This document shows, one piece after another, positions 31,777-50,672 of a DNA stretch of 64,000 nucleotides; position 1 is the stretch's first letter; each line of letters begins with the position of its first letter. Location: NCBI RefSeq assembly GCF_009914755.1, contig NC_060941.1. The stretch is one strand, 5' to 3'. The notes under the pieces were generated by a model. The model was not told the origin of the DNA and searched no databases. It worked only from the letters and a program-made list of their open reading frames with translations. Source of the stretch: the human T2T-CHM13v2.0 reference genome, Homo sapiens. The position numbers were made by a program, and so were the translations under genes.

Positions 31777-33544
31777 CTCCAACCCTGGCCCCACTGCATC
31801 CCAACCCTGGCCATGGGACTAGGACCTGGGAGCCACAGGGTGGCTGTGTTATCAGGAACACCAGGGACTCACCTGCGCTCTCTCCAATCTGCCTGGCCCT
31901 GAATATCCCTGCGGACCAAGTCATAGCTATGACTTCCTAGTGTCTGCCTCCCAAGGTGATTTTATTTTATCCTTTAAGCGAAACCTTGTCATGCATTAGA
32001 GCCAGGAAATTACACCCTTCGCTGAGCAGCCTCTGGGCTGAAAGGAAGCCAGGCAATGTGATGAGTGAGGCCAAGAGCAGCATTAATGCAGCTGGTCATG
32101 AAAGTCACAGGAACGCTGGCAGCTGCCACCCAGACCAATCCCTGGGGGTGCCACGTGTACCCTGGGCCTTAAGGGGACTCTGCGTCAGTCAGAGAGCTGG
32201 TCCAGAGAGGGTACGCTCCTCTCATGCCAGTTTCTCAGGTTCCTTGGAGGGGAGACATAGGAGCCCCTGGCAGCAGCAAAGGTGGCTCCTTAAGCTGCAC
32301 TACCATGGGTGCTGGCCACGTCAGCGACTGCAGCAGCCAGGCAAGCCCTTCCTGATCCACAGGGCACTCACATTTGAGGCTGCCTCTCAGGAGAGCCATG
32401 CGGTCCCTGGCTAAGGACATCAGCAAAGAAAGTGCAAATTTCAGTGGTCCATGGTGAGGCATTAATGTGCTAAGGCAGGGACTTGTATCGGATGACTTTG
32501 TGGTGGGGAGGTCTTTTCAAGATCCAGGACTTGTCAGTGTACTGTGGAATATATGAGTTATTAAATGATGACTGAGCGAGTGGATATGTGAATGGAGTAG
32601 GCATTCTAGAGGCAGGAAGGCTATCCTGGGGGCTGCCTGGGCAGTGTGATGGAGATGACTGGCCCATTCCACAGCCCCTTCTGTCTGATGGCTTTGCGTA
32701 TAGAATTAAGCTGAAACCATGGAGCCACAGCCACATCAAGACATAAGATGATTCTTTTAGATCCTGCTGAATTCTTTGCGGGATCAAAGGGCTTTCAGCA
32801 TTGCCTGTGTTCGTCCTGTGCCTACCTATTGCTTCCAAAAGAGGCAGGGAGAGCCAGAGAACCAAAGTCTGGGGGCTGAGTAAGATGAGATCAGGGAGCT
32901 CATTTATCCAGCCCCTTCACTGTTCAAGTGGGGAACCAAGGCCAGGAACATGGCAGGAATTTTTCACCCAGCCAAGGAATGTCCAGAGAGGAAGCAGGAA
33001 GTAATAGAGAGTCAGGAAACGTACGTGCCTGAGTGTGCGCGCGCGTGTATGTTTTGGCGTTCTGTTGAGAAAGATCCAGCATTTCAAATCACAGTCAGCG
33101 TGGGTCAAAGGAGGGGTAGCGAAGCAAAGATATTACAAAATCTTTCTGCGCTCTGCAATTTGCTTCATTTTCTGGATTCCAATTTTAGACATTATTTCAT
33201 CATAGAAAGCCAGAAGATAAACCCAATAAACTCAAGTCCTCTATTGATTTTTCCTCCTCTTCAGCAGTCGCTGTATTTTGACTACAGCGTGGTGAAACGT
33301 TTAGCTAAGGAAACAGAAAAACAAGGAACAACCCCCTCCACTCCCGAGGCAATAAAATCATCATCAATTCACTGAGACGAATAAATTTATTCTCACCAAA
33401 GAACAAGTTATTAAGGATCCGCTGCAAGTATCAGTCGGGTAAGAGCCTGGCTGACAATTTCATCTCCTAGAATTTAGTGGAAAAGGTTGGAGAAACTAAA
33501 ACCTTTTCTCCCCCATCTTTCCTTTTCCAGCCTACCCAGAGGTA

Positions 33545-33635
33545 CAAGCACACCTTGGAGATACTGCAGGTTCGGTTCTAGACCACTGCAATTAAGCAAC
33601 TATTGCAATAAAGAGAGTCAGGCAATTTTTGTTGA
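33545..33635 (-). mobile_element. Tigger1 terminal fragment
   Basis: CAAGCACACCTTGGAGATACTGCAGGTTCGGTTCTAGACCACTGCAAT. Confidence 0.8.
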
Positions 33636-33639
33636 TTTT

Positions 33640-35920
<2,281 letters not shown>

Positions 35921-36840
35921 AGGCTTTAATTGTTTAAAGCTTGTTCTATTTCTGGCTAGCCATTACTCTTTCAAGGTGACCCTTCAGGCGTCCTCACCAA
36001 AAGCCTGGGATATGATGAAGCCTCCTCCTCTTTAGTGGAACCTGAATTCCAAATTTTGTCCCTCCAAGTGTATGAGACCATTCGCTATTCTAGAAAATGC
36101 ATCTGCCTTTATGTTTTTGTACCTGTAATTTACCTCCTTAGGATAAACTCCCAGATGTGAGATTTGCTGACTCCACGTATGACTTGGGAAAGTTTACATT
36201 TCTCTCACCTGCCCTTTAGAAGAGCCCTTTCTGATGAGCCACATGCGAGATTCCTGCACATTTCACCACAAGGACTCCAGAGAACCCGGCATCCATGGCT
36301 AAAGGGCAAGGTTTTCAGCTTTAGGGAAATACTAAGGGACTAGGCGCAGGGTCACAGGATGAGCAAGCCACAGCAAGGGTCCGGCTAATACAAGGTTATA
36401 CACCAACAGAATACAGACTGTCCCCTTCTTCCTTCCATGACCAGCTCATGAAATTCTAGCTGAAATACTGAAAACAGAATAAATTCATTCACAAAGCCAT
36501 CAGTTGTTAAGTTCAGTTTTGCTGTTTCCAACGGGGCAATTTTTTTCTAACTGCATCAGCTTATTTAGTTTTCAGATGGCTACTTGGACACAGACATTTA
36601 AACTTGTGTTGATGAATAATTTAAAAGGAAAATCCAGCACGGCTAGCAGTAATCAGCTCCTCATCAGCTTTCCTAATCATGGGTCCTCCCTTCTCGTGCC
36701 CTTCCCAAATTCAAGAGAGGTCACCTATGTTTGGACTCAGTAAATGATGGAAATCTGAAACTCTCAGGGATTTGCCTGTTAAGGCCAAAGGGAGACTTAG
36801 GTAATAATTTATCCTAATGACCTTTCATTAGAATCCCTGA

Positions 36841-37180
<340 letters not shown>

Positions 37181-38099
37181 TTCCTGAGAGCACAGGAAAA
37201 AGCGCTGGGATCTCATTCCAGGTTAGGCATCGTTTTTGTGACAGGGTTAAGAGCTGGGGAAATGCCTAACTGTCAGTGAAGCGGGGATTTCAAGCCTGGC
37301 CAGCTTGATATTGACTCTGAAGAAGATGGTGATCTCCCTGGCTGCCAAAAGGTGTCAAGTTAGTCCAGCTGGGCGTGACGGGGTGTTTTGATAGAGCTCA
37401 GGTAATAGCCATCTAGGAGATTGGGTGGGTGATGGAAACAGGACTCTAGTTGTAGACTCCAGCCCCAGGGGAAACAGATGACAGAGAACAGACCTGAAGC
37501 CCAGAGTGGACTCTTCAAGCCACGTACAGGCACTGGGGACCAGGCAGTCACTGGGCTGTGGGGCAAGATGGTACTGACTCTCGGGAGGCACCCGGACCCA
37601 GGAGGTAGCAGCTCTGGGAATCTAAGTCAGAGCAAGATGAGCCTCTCTTGACCTCCTGCCTCAGGACTCATACAAGGGCCAGAGCAGAACTGAACCTGCA
37701 GGTGGGGGATGGGATGGGGGTGGCCTAAGTGGAGAGGAAAAGCCAGGTGGCTCCTGGGTGGGGCTGCCAACCTTGATGGGGGTCTGGAAATCAGATTCCA
37801 GAGGCTATTCGGATGTTCAGATACTTGTGTGAAGGCAGCCCTTGCTCAGGTGGCCTTCTTGAGTTCCACTTGAAAGACAGGGAGATGTGGTTTAATGAAA
37901 CCATACTGGTTGGAGTCATACAGACTAGGTTTGATTATTGAGTTCAGGACTATTCAACAAAAATGTTCTGAATACCTACATGAACCAGTGGCAGGGAAAG
38001 ACATAGAATATGTAATTACAAAAGAGGCAAATGCTACAAAGTGGGAGCATGTTGGGAAGTAGGGGGATAAGAAAGGCTCCCACAAGCAAAGAGACTGTG

Positions 38100-38101
<2 letters not shown>

Positions 38102-38138
<37 letters not shown>

Positions 38139-38172
38139 GTGGTGGTGGTTGTGGTGGTGGTGGTGGTAGTGG
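38102..38172. repeat. Compound (GT)17 / (GGT)n microsatellite
   Basis: Read directly. Confidence 0.95.
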
Positions 38173-38522
38173 AGGGAATTGGGATATCCCAAGCAGCAAG
38201 TACAACATGAAGGAGGTTCTGAAGGCCAGACAGCAGCCCACAAGTGAAGAAAATGGTCCTGTACATCTGGAGAGAAGAAAGACTGGGACGTGAGTGGTCT
38301 AGGAAGAGGCCAGAGAGGTGGGCAAGAGCAGGATCCCTGCAGGCCTCAGAAGCCTTGTGAAGCATTTTGGTCCTGATGGATTGGGCCGTGGGGTACCACT
38401 AAAGTGTTGTATGCAGGACAGTCTCATGATCAGACCTGGGTTTTAGAATCTTGCTATGCAAAGTGTGGACTAGCAGAGTGGCCATCACTTGCGAGTTTGT
38501 TGGAAATGCTGACTTTCCATCC

Positions 38523-38870
38523 TGTATTAGTCTGTTTTCACACTGCTGATAAAGACACACCTGAGACTGGGAAGAAAAAGAGGTTTAATTGGACCTACAG
38601 TTCCACATGGCTGGGGAGGCCTCAGAATCATGCCGGGAGGTGAAAGGCACCTCTTACGTGGCGGTGACAAGAGAAAAAATGAGGAAGAAGCAAAAGCAGA
38701 AACCCTGATAAACCCATCAGATCTCGTGACACTTATTAACTATCACGAGAATAGCATGGGAAAGACCAGTCTCCATGATTCAAAGACCTCCCCCTTGGTC
38801 CCTCCCACAACACGTGGGAATTCTGGGAGATAGAATTCAAGTTGGATGAGGCCACAGCTAAACCATTTCA
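38523..38870 (-). mobile_element. THE1A-like MaLR solo LTR, inserted into a MER5-like remnant
   Basis: TGTATTAGTCTGTTTTCACACTGCTGATAAAGAC...AAACCATTTCA; perfect 5-bp TSD CATCC. Confidence 0.92.
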
Positions 38871-41855
38871 CATCCTCACCCTGGACCTGCATTTTAAGAG
38901 GATCTGCATGACTCGGATGCACCTCCAAGTTTGAAGAGCCCTGCTCTCCCAAGTTCTCATCAGTTGTTCTTAGAGGTTGGATGGGAGGGAGCCACAGGTG
39001 AGCATGGTGGTGTAGTCAGGAAGCTGCTCTCATGGTTCAGGAGAGAAATATGGAGACTTATACCAAGCCTGTGTCAGGAGGGATGATGTCCCCCTAGGGC
39101 AGATCAGAACACATCACACCCCTGCTCATATCCCTCCACTTCTGCCTCTCAAACATCCCATTTCTTGAAATGGAACTCCCATCTCAAATGGAACACTTGC
39201 CTAGCAGAGTTCTGCACTGCCTCTCATGTCTGTCTCCTTCTCCAGCCCCCTACCACTGTGGCTCAGAGTCCCTCTCCAATCTCCCCCAGGCAGTGACAGC
39301 CATCTTCCAATTGGCCACTGTGGCCAGAGCGGCCCATCAAAGCACAGCATTGACTCAGGAGCTCCCCAGCTCAGGGCCCCTGGTGGCTCCTACCTCTCCT
39401 TCATGATCAAGTCCATGCCTCTCACCTGGCCCTCAGCGCCTTTCACAGGTGGGGCCATCCTTCGGTTACATCTGCATCTCCCACTGCACCTGAGTGGATC
39501 CTGGCCCTCAAGTCAATGTAACCATCCTCTACTCCAGGAATATGGGTGCTTTCCCCCACTCCCACCTCACGCGAGCCTTCTGGAATGCCCCTGTGCCACC
39601 TCGGCCCTACTCTCCATCTCTTTACATGAAAAGATGACATTTGTTATTGCATTTTCTGGTTACTAAAATATTGTGAGCATATTGCCACTGTTAGGAAGAC
39701 ATTGAAAAGTATAGGAAGACAGTGAAGCTCTGCTGAAAGCCCATCTTGCAGAGACAGTCCCTGTGTAGAATTTGCTGTGGCTATTTCTCAGCCACATGCT
39801 CTGAAAATCCACTGCTGACAGCAGCCTCCAGCAGAGCTGGGAAAAATCAGGCCCCAGACAGGACACCAGGGTCGCTGTTTTGTGCCTCCTATAGATGTAC
39901 GGGGCACCACATTACCTGCTCACAAAAGGTGTCTAACACACTGTAAGAAAGTGTATGCACCTCAGGGCTCTGAAAAAGGCAGCTCTATCTCAGTAGAGCA
40001 GTGTTGGGATTGTTAATGGCTGGAGAGGTGGCAGGTGGTGCAGAAGGCTGGGCTCAGGGCGCTTGTGGTGTGTGTGTCAGCCCCTGACTTCTCCCACCCT
40101 GCAGCTCCAGGCCCCACCATCCCCACTCTGTAGGTTCTCTTCTCTCTGCCCCAACTCTGGCAGCAAGCCAGGCAGCATGCCTTTAGTTCTGTCCAACAAA
40201 CACTCTTCATGCTTAGCTCTGCGTTAGGAGACACTGGGGACACAGAGCAAGCCAATTATCCCTGCCCTGGAGGAGCTCACAGCCTGGTGGGTGAGGAGCA
40301 GCTGTCTCCCCAGGCTCTGATCCTCCACCAGGAGCTTCTGTAAGCTCTGAGGGTAAGCTCTGGACCACTGCATTTCCAAGCAGCCTCTGCCGCCTCCCGG
40401 CTCTCACCAGGTGCTTCCACTTTCCAGGCCCCTCACCGGGACAGCATCTTGCTCTGAACTCGGTTTGCGTGGCTGGCACTGCCAACCCTTCTTAGCACTA
40501 GTGGTACCTCCAAGCCAGAGAGTTGCAGCAGACCCTGTGAGTGGCAGACAAGCCTTCATGGGGAACTGTGGTCACAATCAAGAGGCAGAAGAGACAGGCT
40601 CCCCTCCATCCTCCCATCTTTGTGGCTCCAGGAACACAGAGAATTCCTCCAACATCTCTGCCCAGTTGTTTAAGGGCTCATGGCAGGGAGGTTAGACGTG
40701 TCAAAACAAGCCTACACAAAGTAACAAGCATTACAAAGAGAAACACAGGTGTCAAAGGAGTAGCTTTAACTTTGGAAAGGCAAAGAAAGTTCTTACAGAT
40801 GGGGTAACATTCAAGCTGGGTTTTGAAGGAAGAGAAAGAATTTTACAAGTGACGAAGGAGAGAAGGGCATGTTCAGATGTTTATTCCAGAAAGATTCCCC
40901 CATGCTACTTAGCTCGAAGGAGGGACTGGACGAAGGTTCTGGGGAAGCAGGGAAACCAGCAAGGTGGCTGATATGACCCTCCAGCTGGAGATACACTGAA
41001 GCCAGCAGAGGATGGGCTTTGAAGGTGAGGGAGGCAGCAGACACTGGCTGGGTGGCTGGTAGCTCCTGGGCAAACGCTGACCTGGAGATCCTGCAGGCGG
41101 CCAGGACTCAACGCAGAGCCAGGGGGCCCGGGACTCCTGCTCTGAGCCCCACTGTGGTGGGTGGGGATATCTAGGCATTTGAAGGAATCTCAGCTGGTGG
41201 GAGGGCACCTTGTAAGTGATCTTAAGCAATGCAGTGCATCCTTTATTAAGAGAAACGGTGACACCTTTGCTGCTTGCTTTGGGTTTGTTTATCTGCATCC
41301 TGTCACCTCCCCTAAATGGGATATAACACAGAACTGCAATTATTTTGAAAACCCTAAATTGGCTTTTTTTTTGGCTAGGAAAATCTCACTTGATACAATT
41401 AATTCCTATCCTAGAGGAGCAGTTAGACATCTGATAGGAAGAGGAGTTGAGGGCGAGGTGGCTGCTCCCCTCAGTTCCTCTACTGTAATCCAGTTACTCC
41501 AACATTGATCAGGTGCTGCCATGCTTCGAGCAGGCGGCTGCAGAGCCCCACCCCCGGTGAGGACCCCCTCTGGGCCCTATTTGAGCTCACAGTCTAACTG
41601 GGAAACAGAAATAAGCTAATAAACCAATAACTAGTTCTGGTACGAAGTCGATTGAGCAGAGAGCCAGGGAATTTGAGGGAGAACTTTGAAGGATGGCTTC
41701 CTGGGGAAGGTAAGAGTAGATAGGGCTGGGCCTTGGGACAGGCCAGGCCCACGCAGAGTGACTGGGGAAAGGGACGGCCTGATCAAGGTTCAGAGGTGTG
41801 AAAGGAGGGAGTCTGTTCAGGAAACATGGGTAGATGGGTGTTGCATGGTGTAACT

Positions 41856-43290
<1,435 letters not shown>

Positions 43291-43770
43291 TCATACCGCT
43301 TCTCCCTACTTCATTGCTGTTACTTCTTCTGCTACCAGGTCATAACTCTCAGTTTTACCCTGTTTACCAAAACCCCCAATATGCTGTTCCCTTTGCACAA
43401 AATGTCCTTCTCATCCCATGCCCCCTCCAGCAAAGTCCTCAGTGAGGTGGCAGGTCCCCCTCCAGCGACCCCAGCCAGGTGAATGTATCATCTCTGACAG
43501 CCCCTTATTCCTTTTGAACAGGCTCTGTCTTATTGCTTTATAAGTTCTCTCTGGGCCTATTTGTCTCTTGAGACACTGAGCTCTTTGAGGGAGCCGTGCC
43601 TAATTTACATCTGGCATTAGGGCTGTTCCGTAGGGTGTGGAGGTTAAGAATAAGGACCACAGAGTCAAACAGAGCTATGTTGGAACCCCAGGTCTGCTAC
43701 TTATTAATAAGCCACGGTCCTTAAGCAATTTAGTCAACTACTCCGAGCCTCAGTTTCACTAGCTGTAGAA

Positions 43771-44122
43771 TGTCTTAGTCTATTTTGTGCTGCCATAACA
43801 GAAATACTTGAGACTGGGTAAGTTATGAAGAACGGAAATATTAATATATTCTCCCACAGTTCTGGGGGCTGAGAAGTCCAAGATCAAGGCCGTAGCATCT
43901 GGTGTGGGCCTTCTGACTGTGCCCTCACATGGTGGAAGGTGGAGGAGCAGGAGGGAATGAGCTCACTCCTGCAGGCCCTTTTTATAGCAGCATTAATCCA
44001 TTCATGAGGGTGGAGCCCTCATGAACTGAACACCTCCCCAAACACTCCACCTCCTAACACCATTGCACTGGGGATTAAGTTTCCAACACATAGATTTTGG
44101 GGGACACATTCAGATGATAGCA
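43771..44122 (-). mobile_element. MaLR LTR (MSTD/MLT1A-like), inserted in a sense MIR (~43620-44240)
   Basis: TGTCTTAGTCTATTTTGTGCTGCCATAACAG...ACATTCAGATGATAGCA. Confidence 0.85.
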
Positions 44123-44202
44123 TGGATGATAATAGTCGCTTTGTCCTAGGATTATTTTGAGAAGTGTATAAAGTGCTTGGTGCTGGGCTTGGCATGTATT
44201 AA

Positions 44203-44546
<344 letters not shown>

Positions 44547-45936
44547 AATAATAAGTGTTCTTTATGAAGATTTGTGAGGGGCCAGTTTGGAGGGTTGGAT
44601 GGAGGGCCAGGCAGGCCAGTGAGAAGGGAAGCTGAGCAATTGTCCAGGTGAGAATGGTGTGGCCAGGGCTAAGACAGGGGCGGGCAGATGACGTAAGGGC
44701 TGCTCTTGGGGTTGAGTAAGCAGGACTTGGTGACATTGGTCATCGGTGGTCGAGGAAGGGAGAAATTTTAGACAACCCAGGCTTGAGCTCTTTCTGAGCC
44801 AGCTTTGAAATTTTAAACCGCTGTGTTTTCTCACTTGGTCAAAGTCACTCAGCGCTGAGACTTCCCCCACTGCGGGCTCCAGGAGGCCTGACCTTTCAGC
44901 AGTATTTACAGTATCGACCAGCTAATTTTAGACACTAACACCAGCAGGATAATAGGGTAAAAGGCGACCTCACTGGAGCTGTTCTAGCCGGTGCGCTTCC
45001 CAAGATAGTGTCATTCATGGATGAAGCCGGGGTTCACTGGATGCCGACTTCGGGCCCAGCCTGGGCATCGGTGGTGTGTGTATAAATAACTTATCCTTGT
45101 TAAGTAAGTAAAGAGAAGGCGCCTTTTCCAAGGGGGTGGCCCCCAGCTTTCTGGTTCAGGCTGTTTTCTGGCTGGACAGTGTGCCTTCCCCACACCCCTT
45201 TAGCACCTTCCTGTTTCCCAGTGTGCTCTGACCTTCACCTCAGCAGCCCTTCCTCCAAGGCTCTTCTAAGGCTGGGCTCCCACCTTGGCAGGGTCTTCCT
45301 GGAGCAGAAGAGAGCCAGAGGTGGGACCACAGCATCCCTGGGGTGGCATTCCAGCAGTCACCAGGCCAGTTATTAGCTGTGGCCCTTAAGCAATTTGCTC
45401 AACTACTCCGAGCCTCAATTTCCCTGGCTGTAAAATGGCGATTGTCTTAGTGGAGCAAGTGGAAGAGACACTGGTGTAAGGGCAAGAGCTGGCTCCTTCC
45501 TTTTCCGAGAAGGGTTAACCCTCTAAGTAGCTCCTTGGAGCGCAGCAACACATGCTGTCCCCTTGACACCACCTCCAGGTCGAATGCCTCTGTCTCTGTG
45601 TTTGCTGGAAACCGTCCAGCACCGTCTGGCCCCGCTGTGAGCAGCCTGTCGAGCTGCATACGGCGGCTCCCCCATGGTGCTGCCACCGGCTTCTGTGTCG
45701 GGAACAGGCTGGAGCCTCCCGTCTGGGCTCGGACACCTTGTTCCTCTCCTCTACTATCCAAGGACTCATTCACCTTAAAGCAGTTGGGAAAAGAATGTCC
45801 TCTATGCAGGCTCTAAACCTCAAGGGGTGAAGGGCTGGCATGGCCATTTTTTTCTGGGGACAGGTTAATTCATGGAGAAACCCCCAGGGTTTTATTTCTC
45901 CCTGGACAACAACAAGATGAAGTCAGATAAACCACC

Positions 45937-46664
<728 letters not shown>

Positions 46665-47959
46665 TCACCATTCCCAGATCTTGGCTTTGCCATTTATGTT
46701 CTCTCCTTCACCCTTCCCTGTAGGCGGTGGCTTTTAGTGTGAACCCTGAGAAGCCAGAGGGTGTAAGGACACCAGGAAGAAAGACAGGGTGGAAGAGCGC
46801 GGAGTGTTATCTATCAAGGCTGGGCTCATGGGCTCTCCTCTGTGAGGAGCACGGATGATCAAGGCAGGCATGGAAAAGCTGAGCACAGCGGAGCAGGGTT
46901 AGCAGGAGGCACTTCTGCTGGCAGGGTGGGCCAGCTGCTGGTGGCATTCTCATTATTAGCCACAACGACCCTAAACAACGCTCACATGCACTTAGGAGCA
47001 CTTTGCAGCTTATAATGAATTTCTGTAGTCATTTCTTCATTGGAAACTTGCAAGAGGCACAGCAAGGAATTAATTAGTTAAAGCATTCATTTATTCAGTT
47101 ATAGAGCCCTTATTGGATGCATAACGATGTGTTAGACTGTTAACTTACATCATCAGCCCCTTTACAAAGAGGAAACTGGAGCCCAAGGAGGTTAAAAAAT
47201 CTCACCCTCAGTCTGGAAAGCTGGGATGGGCTTGAACTAACTACTCACCATTTATCTGTGCTTGGTGCCCAGGAAGCTCAGCTGCAGAGTTGAATCTGGC
47301 AGGTCCCTACTCTGAAGAGTCCACAGTTTCTGCTTCCCCTGGGTTCTGTGGGTGGAGCAGCTTAGAGAAGACCCAGGAGACGAAACTGGTCATCCATAGC
47401 AAGAAGACATGGACTTCCCAGATGATATTCACTAGGGGCAAAAGTAGGCAATGGTGGTGGGCAACTTGGGGGAATATAAGTTGTCTTTGCTTTGGGAGAG
47501 ATTTCTAGACTCTTTCTTGGAGGCTTTCATTACTGATTGGGGAACAGTTTCTAGCACAAAAAGATTTAGTTCCAAGATATAATAAAACCACATTTAAAAA
47601 TTCAGTGAACTTTGGAGCATCTAAAAGCTGAAGGAAAAGAGAACTTTCTGATAAAGTAACAATAATCCTGCTCAGAAAGCAGTTGCCATGGTTACGTACA
47701 AGTCTCTGGGGGTGTTTTTTATTTGGCAAGAGATGGTAAATGTTTTCCCAGGGTAAGTCCAACTGGCCACACTGGCCTGAGCGATGTGAGGGAGCCCTGG
47801 GGTCCAAGCCAAATACTCCTGTGGCAACTGGAACTGCTGCCCAAAGGATGGGCATAGCCAGGCAGAACCTGACACTCAGGAAGCCTTTCCTCTGCTCATT
47901 GCTCAAGGGAGCAGGGCAAATTGAGCCCCACATTCCAACAATAATCATTCAGTGACTAT

Positions 47960-48488
<529 letters not shown>

Positions 48489-49037
48489 TGTTTATAACTA
48501 AAAGTACAGAACTTTGAGGCAGCCCTTCCTCTGCCTCATCTCTTCCCAGTAGCATCTTACTAGTGTCCTTCTCCTAAGGTGAGGCTAAGCATTATTCGCC
48601 AGCCAGTGATATCTCTGTCCCTCTCCTGGTTCACCTGGGCACTTCAAGATGCCTCGCCAAATGCCCGGCTTGTATCTCAGTACTCCATTCCAAGTATTTT
48701 CCGCCAATGAGCCACCTGGAAAAATACGATCTCAGTTGGCAGCAGAGTGAGGATGTGAGCTCAGGCTCCTTTTGACTCTCCTGTTTGAGGGACCACCAGA
48801 TCTGCCTCTGGGGTGGTGGCCCTGGGAGCACCAACACAGAATGCCAGTCCCTGCCTTCAAGGTGCTTACAGTCTGCAGGGGGAAATACACAGGCAGTTAC
48901 AAGGCCCTCATGGTTTCTCTTGTGATACAGGGAGTCATGGGAAGCTATGGGACCTAGAGGCCATGAATCAGCTTTACCTTGCAGGCAAGAAAAGTGTTAC
49001 AAAGAGTGTAGTAGCCTTCGGTTTGGGAAAAGAAAAG

Positions 49038-49610
49038 TGCAGAAAAGAATTAATACAGTAATACAGCAAGCTTGAAGCTTCTATCTTTAGAAGAGCTTGC
49101 TTGCAAGGTAGGCCCTTGGCTGGAGTCATAGAACTTGGCTTTTGAAACATCCTTTAACTGCTAAAGTTGCTTTGCTTTGCCTGGACTCTTTGCACAATGT
49201 GTTTTATGTATTTTCCTTATGGGAGTATGAAATGTTGGTAGTTGCTAGGCAAAGAGTGCCTATGTGATCAACTCCCAATTACAAACAAAACAAAACAAAA
49301 AACACACCCTAAACTCCGAGTCTCAAACAGGCTTTCCCAGGCTGAAACTTTACATACATGTTGCTGCAATTTTTGCTGCTGGAGAAAAAAGCATGCTCAG
49401 CATGTCCCTTCCTCAGTGTGTCATGGGAGGGAGAGGAAGCCTGTGCTTGGGTTTCTCCAGAGTCCGTCTGATGTCTTTTGCCCGCATAGATCTTGTTGTG
49501 TTTTCTTTTACTGCAATAAACTACAGCCGTGAAGTCAATTATGCTGAGACCCGTGATTTCTTCTAGTGACCCAGTGATCATGTGGGTGGTCTTAGGCCCC
49601 CTAAAATAGA
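49038..49610 (+). mobile_element. MER21-family LTR
   Basis: CTATCTTTAGAAGAGCTTGCTTGCAAGGTAGGCCCTTGGCTGG; AATAAA ~49515. Confidence 0.75.
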
Positions 49611-50227
49611 AAAGATGAATGAGATTTTAATGGGAAGAACAGGAAGAGAGGGGATTCCAGGTATAGGAAACAGCATATGCAAACTCATAGAAGCATGAAA
49701 GCGTGTGGTTTGGGCAAGGAATGGTGTGGCCTGCAGCTAACTAAAGGGAGGTGCTGACGAACTTGAAAAAGTTCAGAGGAACTGGGCTGTGAGGTGCGTG
49801 AGTGCTAGGCCAAGGGATCTAGATTTTATCTTATGAGCAATGGGAAACATTGGGTATACTTAAAGAGAGAAATAACAGTCAGGGGGATATTACTGTTACA
49901 ACAATTACTCTAGTAGCCAGTGTGTGGGGCTAATCGTGAGTGAGGAAACAGGAGGCCAGAAGGCAGGCCTTGGAGGAGGCCTGGCAGGGATGCAGATGTA
50001 ACCTGTCTGAGCCAAGTGCTCCTTAGAGCCTCCTTGCCAACCCTCCTCCTGTTCCATCCTTCCCATTGTCCAAGAACCCTAGACCCTTGCTTGGCTCATT
50101 CTGATAGGGCTGGCTGGACTGTGCAGACTGTTGCTACTATCCCAGGGCCTTGAAGAAAACTAGCCAAGCCCAGTTGCATTTATGGCCACTCCTGAGCAAT
50201 GCTCATGATGGTCTATAGGGTCTAACC

Positions 50228-50446
50228 CAGTGGTTCTCAACTAGGGGCAATTTCCCCTCTTCTCCTAAGGACATTTGGCCATGCCTGGAGATATTTTGGT
50301 TGTCACAACTGGGGGTGAGGTGCTACTGGCATCTAGTGGGTAAAGGCCAGAGATGCTGCTTAACATTCTACGTTCACGGGACAGCCTCCCAGAACAAAAA
50401 TGTATCAGGCCCAAAATGTCAGCAGTGCCAATGTTGAGAAACTCTT
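50228..50446 (+). mobile_element. MER20 (hAT-Charlie)
   Basis: CAGTGGTTCTCAAC...GGCATCTAGTGGGT...GTTGAGAAAC. Confidence 0.9.
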
Positions 50447-50455
50447 TTCTAGATT

Positions 50456-50672
50456 AGCACTGTCCAGCGGAATTTATTGCAGTGATTGAAATGTCCTATC
50501 ATTCTGCACCATCTAAGGTAACCACGAACCACATGCGGCAGTTGAGCCCTTGAAAGATGGCTAGTTGGGATTGAAGAACTCAAGTTTCAAGTGTATTTCA
50601 TTTTAATTAATTTGATTTTTGTCTTAAGTAGCCACACGTGGCTGGCTAATGGCTACTGTATCAGGAGCATGC
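50456..50672 (+). mobile_element. MER3 (hAT-Charlie)
   Basis: AGCACTGTCCA...TAGCCACACGTGGCT...GGCTACTGTA. Confidence 0.8.

Noticed and set aside
30516-32414. Several 120-150 aa ORFs
   Set aside because: Overlapping on both strands, alternative starts, no recognisable domains; expected by chance in GC-richer DNA
37954-38365. Poly-His/Thr/Pro ORFs
   Set aside because: Translations of the (GT)n(GGT)n microsatellite
45661-45684. REST/RE1-like CCATGGTGCTG
   Set aside because: Only one half-site matches
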